NCBI GenBank assembly: GCA_044869275.1
Contig: JBIOXB010000034.1
Location: forward strand, 1 to 64,000
Reading direction: 5' to 3'
Length of the DNA stretch: 64,000 bases
Origin: a bacterium
Lineage (GTDB): Bacteria > Zhuqueibacterota > Zhuqueibacteria > Zhuqueibacterales > Zhuqueibacteraceae
In this document: in pieces, positions 39,601 through 47,423 of the stretch
How positions within the stretch are numbered: the stretch's first letter is position 1
Layout of the letters: each line of letters opens with the position of its first letter
Notes under the pieces: generated by a model
What the model was told of the DNA's origin: nothing
The model's input: the letters and a program-made list of their open reading frames with translations, nothing else
The model's database searches: none
Position numbers and translations under genes: made by a program

Positions 39601-42116
39601 TCCGCTTCCACGCGAATGCCGCCGTCGCTCGCCCGCGGCGTTTCCACGGTGGCAGTCCCTTTGGTGACGGTGTAGATAACCGGTTTGCCCGTCACCGGAT
39701 TGTTGTCGGCGTCGATCAGTTTCACCACCAGCTCGTTTTCCAGCCGCTGTTCCACCGAGCCGATTTGATTGTCGCCGGAGATTTTGCTGAGATTGCTGGC
39801 TTCTTTGATGGGCACGGCAACGGTGAATTCTTCTATTGCATTTTCGGTGGGATTGACCAGGCCCTCGAGCATGAATCCGGCGAATTTGCCGTTTTCGAGT
39901 TTGGGAACATCTTCAAATATGCGATCTATCTCTCCATTTATATAAACCGTCAGGACGTACGTATCTGCTGCGAGGCCGGGGCTGTATTCCACAGAGATCA
40001 CCGCACCCGCTTGAGGCGCGATTTGGGATACCGAGTTTCTGTTTTCAATCTGATTCGTGATGACGCCATTCTGAACCAGGAAAAGCCCGATTTTGTCAAA
40101 TCCACCTTCGGGCGACAATCGCCGAATCAAATAACCCGTCGGTGTTGCGGAGGTATCTGCCATCACCAGAATTCCGAGATCGCGGCCGCCGGGAATGGTG
40201 ACTTCCGGGCCCAATTTCATCGAAATTTCCTGCACATTCTGTCGCGTTTTGAGCACGGCGAATTGCGTGCTGGTGCCCGGGTTCTGCGCCGTGCCCGCGG
40301 CCGCGCGTATGCTCGGTCCCGTGACCCAATCCTTGCCCAAGCCGGCGGTAGAAGTGCGTTCGAATTTGTCCGTCTTCACCGCGAGCGCGGCGGTTTTGAA
40401 CGGCGTCGCGCCGCCGGCGATTTTGGAGGCATTACCCACTTCATCCATCGCCTTGACCGCGACATAGTATTCCGTATTGCCTTCCAACCCGGTAATGGTA
40501 ATTGTTTCTTCACTGCCCGCGGAGCTGGGTGTTTTGATGCCGGCCGCACGTGGCGCCGCGCCGAAATTATTGGCCGTGATCGGCGCTTGCGAATAACGCA
40601 CGTCGTATGAGCTGGCAGCGCCGATGTTGCCGTCGTCGCCAGGAGCCGTAAACGTGATGGTAAGAGCAGACGAAGATGAGGCTTTGAGCTGCACATTGGT
40701 GATATCCCCGGGCGAAACCAGGTCGCTTTCAGTCGTGGCCACAAATTGATCAACGCCGTTGTTGGTAGCGCCGTTGATCATGACGCCGCTATACAACTTC
40801 GCGCCGCGGCCTTGCACACGATTGGGATCGCGCAGCGTGCTGGAATAAATGCCGTTGTTGGTATTGACCGTCACGGTAAATTTGTGACCTTGCTCATCGC
40901 GCGTGATCTCGACCTGGAATTGATCTCCCGGCTCCGGCGGGGGCGCGAGCGATTCGGTTTGGTCGATCAGGTTGCTTCCGGTCGTGCCATTGGTAACTTC
41001 ATAAAGCCGGAGTAATCCGGGATTTTGATCGGACTTGAAAAAGATCAGATACCCGCTCGCATCCGGCAGGTCCTTGTCCAGCATGACCGCCAGCCCGGTG
41101 AAAGCTCGACCGATGGCATCGGAATTCGAACCATATTCGAAACTGATCACGCGCGGATTGATGAGAGTCTTGGCGACAGCCATGAAATCGAAACTGTCTT
41201 CCGCAGAAGTATTCACCATCTGATTAGCTTGAATCATGATGGCAGCGTGGGCAGCCCAGGTGGTTGTTCCCAGGCTGGCACGTTGAAAGTCATCGGTGAA
41301 TTTTACCGGTGAAGGCGAGTGCCGCGCTTCGAGCGCGCTGAACCAAGACAAGGCGATTTCCTGATACCCGCGATCGGTGGGATGAATTTTGTCGTCCGGA
41401 TCAACTTTGTCCGCCGACAAATCCATGTCCACCAAGGTGACATCATAGCCGTTCGTTTTTTTCCCCGATACCAGGCCGATGAGCGCGTTGTTCAATTCCA
41501 CGACTTGCGGCTGTTTGTTGTCGGTGCGGGAAGACACCTCGCCCAGATAAATCTCAATCTGGCTATTGTAGTTGTAGATGTTGTCAAGAATGGCGCCAAT
41601 GGTGTTACGAATGGTTCCCGGCAGTACGCCGTCGGTGATGTCATTGGTGCCGATCATCAAAAACACGACTTGGGGCGGGTTGCTTTCCAAAAAGCGGCGC
41701 ACGTTATCGCGAATGAATGCGGCATTTTGGCCGGGCCAGCCTTCATGTTGTTTGTCAACCATGGAGTCGGGACCGGTGCTCAAGCTGCCCACGAAATCGC
41801 ACTGGAGATTATCGCTGGGATTGCCCGGTTGACCTGGAAAATAGAGATCCGTCAGCCAGGAGCGATAGCCGGCGTTGTCGGATGATTTCGCGCCTTCGGT
41901 AATGGAATCGCCTAAAGGCATGATGCGCAATTGCGCTTGGGCTTCACTCTGTATAAAAAGGCCAGCCCACAAGATCATCAGCCCGGTCGCGCGCCGGCTC
42001 AGCTTTTTTCCTGCCTGAAAAATTTTGCCAATCATGCTCGTCCCGCACGCTGCGTGCCCTCTTGCTTTCACGGTGCTGTGCTCCATGGTGTGATTCGCTT
42101 GCGAAAGTGAACTCAT
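33630..42116 (-). CDS. Giant secreted protein: SGNH hydrolase, FN3, CBM-like domains, many Ig-like (Big_1-type) repeats, T9SS/FlgD-Ig C-terminus
   Basis: IMPLGDSIT, GTND, DKIHP; recurrent SGDNQ/GNNQ Ig units; LSQNYPNPFNPTT...TKKMVLAK. Confidence 0.92.
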   Translation of the reverse strand: MSSLSQANHTMEHSTVKARGHAACGTSMIGKIFQAGKKLSRRATGLMILWAGLFIQSEAQAQLRIMPLGDSITEGAKSSDNAGYRSWLTDLYFPGQPGNPSDNLQCDFVGSLSTGPDSMVDKQHEGWPGQNAAFIRDNVRRFLESNPPQVVFLMIGTNDITDGVLPGTIRNTIGAILDNIYNYNSQIEIYLGEVSSRTDNKQPQVVELNNALIGLVSGKKTNGYDVTLVDMDLSADKVDPDDKIHPTDRGYQEIALSWFSALEARHSPSPVKFTDDFQRASLGTTTWAAHAAIMIQANQMVNTSAEDSFDFMAVAKTLINPRVISFEYGSNSDAIGRAFTGLAVMLDKDLPDASGYLIFFKSDQNPGLLRLYEVTNGTTGSNLIDQTESLAPPPEPGDQFQVEITRDEQGHKFTVTVNTNNGIYSSTLRDPNRVQGRGAKLYSGVMINGATNNGVDQFVATTESDLVSPGDITNVQLKASSSSALTITFTAPGDDGNIGAASSYDVRYSQAPITANNFGAAPRAAGIKTPSSAGSEETITITGLEGNTEYYVAVKAMDEVGNASKIAGGATPFKTAALAVKTDKFERTSTAGLGKDWVTGPSIRAAAGTAQNPGTSTQFAVLKTRQNVQEISMKLGPEVTIPGGRDLGILVMADTSATPTGYLIRRLSPEGGFDKIGLFLVQNGVITNQIENRNSVSQIAPQAGAVISVEYSPGLAADTYVLTVYINGEIDRIFEDVPKLENGKFAGFMLEGLVNPTENAIEEFTVAVPIKEASNLSKISGDNQIGSVEQRLENELVVKLIDADNNPVTGKPVIYTVTKGTATVETPRASDGGIRVEAESGVITGPIETRPDNEASRGSYVSYPNSASLDANVKLTFNITTAGSYRIWTRSRREETPYGVWSVRVDNGALFTYEVFQRGISQVWDWDLLTESNGTSFTTKVFNFTPGQHSIEFHAQRKETHLDKIIVTANTNFVPSGLEDPGFTTDADGFARAQVLVGSQAGEINISAKYGTLPAAVFKATASGGAAQSMAKTSGDAQTGTFGSTLSQPFTVTVQDAGGNTVANHKVSWVITGGDGKLSNYVSATDLNGKATTILTLGVLQTNNRVEARSVKQDGATSLGTIVFTATASGGQPAKMARTSGDGQTARIRTALPANVEARVTDTGGTTGVPNVPLKLTSQRGGGSLAANVSLLNPSFEANNGALPASWTGENSPANNEVSLSTTDPKAGALSLQVNASRAAEVGISQSAAYAANTNYILTFWAKVTTGSARVRWLLDNGAGGRTLDLHQSGSGNTWTKYRLIENNAQAGNRSLSFVTDGKASNFFIDDVQIVPATNSTGRLATSWTLGDTAGTQRIAISGISGGAILTGSPLVFTATAEAGAKAQLQAESGNNQVGSAGQPLPLPFVAKVADMTGVNGVANVDVTFRVTSIGTAAGKLEGNVSTKTVKTDIQGLASVTYTIGSGNNTPNTVEAAATGLNPDKVTFTATATVPGSFAIFGNSGQRATAGRPINPPLAVIVKTSDNKPIAGYPVKFEVVQGNGTINNKLAETIFTEVDGIARATLVCGTAANAVNQVRASATSNGANINGSPKTFSIRTYGLRNLRYESGDNQQGGVVGSFLAQPFVMSVVDSNNTKVPGQKVKFEVTAGGGSFEGGGASKEVTTDTSGRAPIRYLLGTQPIENRVTATITPALPGSPRVFRAVAQAAAPDSLIKVSGDSSRGVVGNLMPVPFVAKAGDRYGNGVAGIDVIFRVVSGGGSIGGQQRDTVTTQADGKAQITLTLGTSTTGGQFNNVVEARASNGSISLRNSPMRFYATATASRARAMLATTGNRQTGRAGSPLAQNFSVRVNDDKGNPVPEHAVAFRVTRGGGKFANGRSDSTVFTNATGVAALKLTLGGTVLPDSQIVTATSTDGVGPLTNSPLRFVAFARAGLPSQATSRVITSTGTALADGTTEVGVTVEVQDSFGNPVSGETVIIEVTNQPNDITQPVQQTNAQGRATGKFTSTKSGTKTVTAYIPGGIRITNGATVQFTPLNAARISPQGGNGQTGNLNTAVDVPLSVRVADRYGNGVLNHPVTFRLYSGAGKMSNGASNETVLSDGNGVARVFFIFGNTQGESQIRAEAQGLNGSPVGFFVNAVDLPARNLIYVSGNEQSGIAGETLAAPIVVKVADANGKAVFSRPVNFQVTFGNGALSASTVLTNEFGEAEATWTLGLQAGLNAVRASAEGLTGSPFDFSAQAIGGRACCVANAVPGDIVKGPVGGQSGPIQVRVVDALGNGVDGYTVDFELAQGTGVLTQTRVQTASGGFASTRLNFDNVSGYRKVRAVAGSLSGSPMTIMVYAQPAAAVSMNAVPRTNNQGGTIGKPLNFPLQVKLLDPFGNPAVGEAVNFVITSGGGALNGAGAAVTATSDSSGIAEASLTLGNSPGTNRVNAVKAGGNLIPALTFTATGFTNNFPIFVDVPDLRAIEEDRVEFTVTASDVDGDGMSFGARNLPPGAAFDSLATRTFSWKTNYNSAGMYEPEILVRDGKGGIDIEVVRITIGNRNRPPIILSRSPVGNADPVRADTTLIPGTDGVARFTMRVNARDEDPEDRLSYRWLQNGQIVGTNSNSFNFVGVLGLTYVQCFVSDGVDEVMTDWAMKVPVALSSFSASASAKAVTLHWVTNAEFNNIGFHVHRSLSAGGPYTRLTTQLIPPRLDGDYTFVDQTVEAGARYYYKLEDIDASGRSTLHGPVQALLALPENYELSQNYPNPFNPTTNIQFQMPKPGMVRLFVYNSLGQVVARLANGMREAGYHTVLWNGRDLHGNPVPSGVYHYRLEAEGYVMTKKMVLAK

Positions 42117-42259
42117 GCCCTGTCATCTCGGTTCATGCCGCCCCGACGACTTGCCAGTCGCTGTTTCAAGCCGGAATCAATGCTTCAGAAAAGCCGCCCA
42201 CAAACGGCGGCGGCTCCCTGAGCGGTTTTTCTCAAATGAAAAGACGCCACAACATTGAC

Positions 42260-42274
42260 GCAATCGCTATGCCA
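42260..42274 (-). promoter_or_regulatory. Sigma54 promoter of the giant gene
   Basis: TGGCATAGCGATTGC, near-consensus. Confidence 0.7.
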
Positions 42275-43352
42275 TTGAAATAAATGCCAAATCGTAAAAT
42301 CTTGCTGGCAGATTTCCGCATTCGGGCTGGTATTTTCACTTGTAATTACAGCCCGCGCGTTTCATTGCGGACATTGTTTCAGCCGCAAACAGGAGGTTTG
42401 AAAATGTTGGGGGAAGCAGACGGTTGAAGGAGGATAGAGGTGAGACGAGTGATGTGTGTCGCGAGAAAGGGGAAGAGAGAAAGGAGAAAGTGGAGTGGGT
42501 AGAGGGTCGGGCAGCAAGGGTTTTGAAAACCGCCGTTGCCTCAGAGTTATTCTATTTTCTCATGGAAACAATACTCGATAGATTGAAAGAAGCTTGGCTC
42601 CGGTACTACCCCTAAATGCGAGTGCTGAATCTACTGAAAAGATGTGATTGAAGTGAGACGTGGAATCATATCCCAACAGTTCACGCTCATGAAACGCATC
42701 GGCAAGAGATAGTTTTGTGGTTAAGAGTCAGCAGTATTTTCGATAAATAATTGCAATGAAAACTGCTGTTTGCATATTTCTCGCAGACCCTCCTCTTCAA
42801 TTTTACCGGCAAAACCCTTCTACTTGGCGCGCTTCTTGCTCTTAATTTCGATTAGCACGTTTCACAGCAAGCCTCGTTACAGCGACAGACAAGAAGTTGA
42901 AAAGTGTAGTCCAATCGTCGCAACTGTAGCCAGGAGGTCTGCGCGACTATTCGTAGCTTACGACTGCATCATTCGTGCCCACCCTTTCTTTCGCTGAATT
43001 CAAAATACCTAGCAGCGCTGTCACAGATCACGAGAAAAGCTTCCCGGGAATTGTAAGAAAAGACTATCAATTTTATACAGCGGCGTACTTTTCTCGCACC
43101 TAATCTTTGATGCTTCCTTTTGGCGTGCAAAAATAGCCTGCGCACCTGCCAATATTACGCAGTCGCTATGGAATGAAAGTAATTGAACCAGGAGAGAAGC
43201 GCCAGGCAGTTTTGCTCCGGCGCATGAGAATGTCGCATTCGATGCCAGTCCGGCACATGCAAGGGTCTCCTCTCCAAAAGCATGTTAGGAGGAGATTCTT
43301 CCTACGGTATCGCTTTCTACTCCGAGCGAAGAGCCAACAAAAGGAACCTGCC

Positions 43353-44297
43353 ATGAGCAAGCCCAATCACCAGGGACGGCAGGAAAATCGCAACGGAATG
43401 CACCAGCCCCGGCACGAGGCTGCCGCCCAACCGGGCTTTGCCGCCGCGAAGCCGGACATTTCCTTTTTCTTTCCCGCGTTCGACGACGCCGGCACGGTGG
43501 AAAAACTCGCCCTCGCCGCGAGCGCGGTGCTGCGCGAAGTCGCGAACCAGTGGGAAGTGATCATCGTCAACGACGGCAGCTTCGACAACACCGGCGAAGT
43601 GGCCGACGCTTGCGCGCGGAAGTATGAAAACATCGTGGTCAAGCATCACCGGTACAATCAAGGCTATGGCGCCGCGCTCAAAACCGGCTTCAAAACGGCG
43701 CGCTACGATTTGATTTTTTACACCGACGGCGACATGCAGTACGATCCGGAAGAATTGAAATTGCTGCTGCCGCTGTTGCGCGACGACGTCGCCATCGTCA
43801 GCGGCATCAAGTCCAAGCGTGCGGACCCTTGGGACCGCGTGGTGAGCGCGAAGATTTACAACTATGTCGTGCGTCTGTTCTTCCGCATCCACGTGCGCGA
43901 CGTGGATGCGGCGTTCAAATTGATCCGCCACGAGGTGCTGCAAAATATGGAGCTGACCTCCAACGGCGGTTTCATTTGCGCCGAGCTGTTCGCCAAGGCG
44001 CGCCAACTGGGCTATCAGGTGGTACAGCATCCGGTGAGCCATTACCAGCGCACCTACGGCCGCTCCTCCGCGTTCAATCTGCTGTTTATCCTCCGCTCCA
44101 CGCTCGAGCTCATGGACTTATGGTGGACGATCATGGCACGCGACAAATTCTTTGCCGCAAGACAGAACTTTTGGAGACGCATCCTTTGGAGAAAACCCTC
44201 GCCCTTGCCGGAGGCCAGCCCGTCCGCCCCGAATTCCTGGTCTTCGGCAAACCCCGCCTCGAAGCAGCAGAAATCGACGAAGTCGTCGCCTGTCTGA
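43353..44297 (+). CDS. Glycosyltransferase family 2 (DPM/ArnC-like)
   Basis: IIVNDGSFDNT, NQGYGAALKTG, YTDGDMQYDP; likely start ATG 43353. Confidence 0.92.
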   Translation: MSKPNHQGRQENRNGMHQPRHEAAAQPGFAAAKPDISFFFPAFDDAGTVEKLALAASAVLREVANQWEVIIVNDGSFDNTGEVADACARKYENIVVKHHRYNQGYGAALKTGFKTARYDLIFYTDGDMQYDPEELKLLLPLLRDDVAIVSGIKSKRADPWDRVVSAKIYNYVVRLFFRIHVRDVDAAFKLIRHEVLQNMELTSNGGFICAELFAKARQLGYQVVQHPVSHYQRTYGRSSAFNLLFILRSTLELMDLWWTIMARDKFFAARQNFWRRILWRKPSPLPEASPSAPNSWSSANPASKQQKSTKSSPV

Positions 44298-45382
44298 AAT
44301 CCGGCTGGATTTCCACCGGCCCGCGCGTGGCCAAGTTTGCCGCGCAGTTTCGCGATTACATCGGTTGCCAGCATGCCGTGCCGCTAAACTCGTGCACCGC
44401 GGGCTTGCACCTGGCGATGCTGGTGGCCGGCATCCAGCCCGGGGACGAAGTGATCACTTCGCCGCTCACTTTTGCCGCTTCCGCCAATACCGTCATTCAT
44501 TGCGGGGCCAAACCCGTATTCGTCGATGTCGATCCGCACACCTGCTTGATCAAAGCGGAAGAAATTGAAGCTCGGATCACCAGAAAAACGAAGGCGATCC
44601 TCCCCGTGCATTTCGCCGGCCGCGCATGCGACATGGACACGATCATGGCGATCGCACGCAAACACCATCTCACCGTGATCGACGATGCCGCGCATGCGAT
44701 CGAAACGGCCTATCACGGCACAAAGGTTGGGAACATCGCGGATCTCACGGCATTCAGTTTCTACGTCACGAAAAACATCATCACCGGCGAAGGCGGGATG
44801 GTGACCACGAACAACGCGGAATGGGCGGAGAAGATTCAGATTTATGGCTTGCACGGCATGAGCAAAGACGCGTGGAAGCGCTACTCCAGTGATGGCTTCA
44901 AGCATTATCAAATCGTATATCCCGGTTACAAGTACAATATGATGGATTTGCAGGCCGCACTGGGGATACACCAATTGGCGCACGTGCACGAGTATCTCAA
45001 AATCCGCGAACAAGTGTGGAAGGCATACGACGAGGCTTTTCGAGATCTACCGCTGTACACGCCGCCTCCCGCCGAAAAAGACACGCTGCATGCGCGGCAT
45101 TTGTACACGCCCATGATCGATTTGTCCCGTTTGCAGGTGGACCGCGACACGGTGATGCAAGCACTGATCAAAGAGAACATTGGCACGGGCATTCACTTCA
45201 TCTCGCTGCACCTGCACGATTACTATCGCCGCACCTTTGGCTTCCAGCGCGACGATTTCCCCAATGCGCGCTGGGTTTCCGAGCGCACGATTTCATTGCC
45301 GCTGTCGGCAGCGTTGACGGACCAGGACGTGAATGACGTGATTACGGCAGTGCGGAAGGTGCTGCGGGCTTATCAGCGGTGA
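44186..45382 (+). CDS. DegT/DnrJ (ArnB/SpsC-like) aminotransferase
   Basis: LKSGWISTGP, DDAAHA, FSFYVTKNIITGEGG, GYKYNMMDLQAALG; TTG start inferred. Confidence 0.92.
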   Translation: MEKTLALAGGQPVRPEFLVFGKPRLEAAEIDEVVACLKSGWISTGPRVAKFAAQFRDYIGCQHAVPLNSCTAGLHLAMLVAGIQPGDEVITSPLTFAASANTVIHCGAKPVFVDVDPHTCLIKAEEIEARITRKTKAILPVHFAGRACDMDTIMAIARKHHLTVIDDAAHAIETAYHGTKVGNIADLTAFSFYVTKNIITGEGGMVTTNNAEWAEKIQIYGLHGMSKDAWKRYSSDGFKHYQIVYPGYKYNMMDLQAALGIHQLAHVHEYLKIREQVWKAYDEAFRDLPLYTPPPAEKDTLHARHLYTPMIDLSRLQVDRDTVMQALIKENIGTGIHFISLHLHDYYRRTFGFQRDDFPNARWVSERTISLPLSAALTDQDVNDVITAVRKVLRAYQR

Positions 45383-45474
45383 GCGGGAATAAGGCCAAAG
45401 AGTGGGTGGATAATCAATGATATACCTGTTTCAAGCAGTGGGTTTGAAGGAAGCGCGCAGCGGGGCGTTGACGT

Positions 45475-45930
45475 ATGCGAAATAAACTGCTTTATGGCGA
45501 CAATTTGGACGTTCTGCGAAAGGACTGATCGGAAAAGCGGTAAGGTTTATCGCTACTATTTAGACGAAGGAAAGATCGCCGAGGATTACTGGATAGATAT
45601 TGAAACCCTGAATCGAGAAGATAGAGAGCGTCTTGGATATCAAACTCAAAAGCCCGAAGCTTTGCTGGAACGTATTATCAAATCCAGCAGCAATGACGGC
45701 GATTTTGTCTTAGATGCTTATTGCGGCTGTGGCACGACCGTTGCAGTTGCTGAGAGACTAAAACGCAACTGGATTGAAATTGATATAGCCTATCAAAGCA
45801 TTAGCCTAATCTTGAAAGGATGAGACCGAAAAGGTGATTTCTCAAGTCAAGTCAGGCAGCGTCAATCGCGGAACGATAGCCACCTTGCGCGGTGACATGG
45901 AGCGCGAGAAAGCACAAATCGGTATAAGGA
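45475..45930 (+). pseudogene. DNA methyltransferase/restriction-domain fusion remnant
   Basis: MRNKLLYGDNLDVLRK / GYQTQKPEALLERII...DAYCGCGTT / QVKSGSVNRGTIATLRGDMEREKAQIG as three abutting pieces in different frames. Confidence 0.8.
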
Positions 45931-45951
45931 ATCAAAACATCACTGCAAAGG

Positions 45952-46614
45952 TCAACTCGCCTTGTATAAATCGGCGGGATCTCCGGCGAGTATCAGCGCA
46001 ATAATCTCTCTTTCACCGGGAAACTCCTGCGCAAATAGCCAATCCACACGCAGCCAGAAGCCAGGAATAACCGTGGAACGAACCACGCCCATATGGTCGA
46101 GAGGAATGTCTTTCCAACTACCACCACTGTTCTTCCAGAAGCTTGCGGTTTGCCGAAAGGCATCAATGACCCAGTATTCACGCACGCCGAACTTGGCGTA
46201 CAGCTCTTTTTTCTCCATCAAATCCAAACGCCGGCTACCAGGCGAGACGAGCTCGATGACAAGATCGGCGGGACCCTCCAAGGCTTTGCCTTTGCTTTGC
46301 GGCAGTTTGGCGTTGCTGATAAACATAATATCCGGCTCGGGTGCGTCGATTTCGGATAATTTCATGGCGGCGCGCGAACCCAACACGTGCCCGATTTTTT
46401 TCTCTCGAACGTAACCGCGCAAAAGCATTAGCAGGAACCCAAACAAATCTTCGTGCTCAAAGGTGGGTGGAGCAGCCATATAAATAACCCCATTGATAAG
46501 ATCGGCTTTTTGATCCTCACGAATGATCGTGCAAAACTCGTCGAAAGTGATCAGTTCTGGCGGCGGCGTTTGTCGCGGCAGAGGGCGAGTCAAAATACCA
46601 ACATCGATAGCCAT
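45952..46614 (-). CDS. Uma2 family endonuclease
   Basis: PEPDIMFI, PADLVIELVSPG, KKELYAKFGVREYWVID. Confidence 0.92.
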   Translation of the reverse strand: MAIDVGILTRPLPRQTPPPELITFDEFCTIIREDQKADLINGVIYMAAPPTFEHEDLFGFLLMLLRGYVREKKIGHVLGSRAAMKLSEIDAPEPDIMFISNAKLPQSKGKALEGPADLVIELVSPGSRRLDLMEKKELYAKFGVREYWVIDAFRQTASFWKNSGGSWKDIPLDHMGVVRSTVIPGFWLRVDWLFAQEFPGEREIIALILAGDPADLYKAS

Positions 46615-46722
46615 TTGTCTATGCTCTGTATTGAGTCCGTATTTTATTAAAAAGCCCCATTGCTAAAATAGCAATAAATTTCAAACAAACAAGCTGTACT
46701 TCAATACGAAGCCGGCACCGAT

Positions 46723-47343
46723 TTAAGTGCCGTTGTTTCCTCGAAAAATCCCCACCATCTCTCTTCCTCCCGGAATAAAAAAAAATTTTTGAAATGCGGG
46801 AAAAGTTTTGAATACTTGTGCCAGCGATTCTTCGCGGAAGCGCTCGCCGGAATAGGAGGAATCTTCTTTTGTTGGATGCGTCAATATCTGGCTGAGCTTG
46901 GCGAGCCAGGCCAGGCGCGAATCGGAAAGGTTGCGCACGGGCTCGGCGATGATCACTTTACGGCGCGCGGCGGCGAGCATTTTGGCCACAATCTCTTCGG
47001 CACGCGGCAGGAACTGATAAAGGCTGGCCTGCATCAGCACGATGTCCGCGCGCGGAATTTCATCCTGCCAGACATTGAAAACGCGCGCATTCACCCCGTG
47101 TTTTTGCGCCGCACGCACGAACGCTGGCGACAAGTCCAGACCGAGATACTTCACGGATTTCGCGCACAAATGCTGGCGATAAAGATAGCAATCCCCCGCG
47201 CACAGATCCACCACGGAAGATCCTTCCGGAATCTCGCTGGCAAGGGCACGATAACGTGCTGCAAAGTGGCGGCCGTATAACACGCGCATGAGCGCGCGAT
47301 AGAGGCGTTCATTGGAATAGATGAGCGAAACCGATGGCGACAT
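46723..47343 (-). CDS. Class I SAM-dependent methyltransferase
   Basis: VVDLCAGDC, YLGLDLSP. Confidence 0.8.
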   Translation of the reverse strand: MSPSVSLIYSNERLYRALMRVLYGRHFAARYRALASEIPEGSSVVDLCAGDCYLYRQHLCAKSVKYLGLDLSPAFVRAAQKHGVNARVFNVWQDEIPRADIVLMQASLYQFLPRAEEIVAKMLAAARRKVIIAEPVRNLSDSRLAWLAKLSQILTHPTKEDSSYSGERFREESLAQVFKTFPAFQKFFFIPGGREMVGIFRGNNGT

Positions 47344-47423
47344 GGTTGATCCATTCTAAAGCAATCGAAACAAGGCTTACTGAAAAAGCAAAGATTTCAC
47401 GCTTAGATTGAAAGGCGAAGCGC

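Noticed and set aside
33552..41902. Many + strand ORFs inside the giant gene
   Set aside because: GC-rich antisense shadow frames with no recognisable motifs.
42424..42615. Purine-rich ORF / strand-skewed tract
   Set aside because: Low complexity with no recognisable motif or consistent structure.
43829..44185. Long N-terminal extension of the DegT ORF
   Set aside because: It lies inside the GT2 gene; family similarity begins only near 44186.
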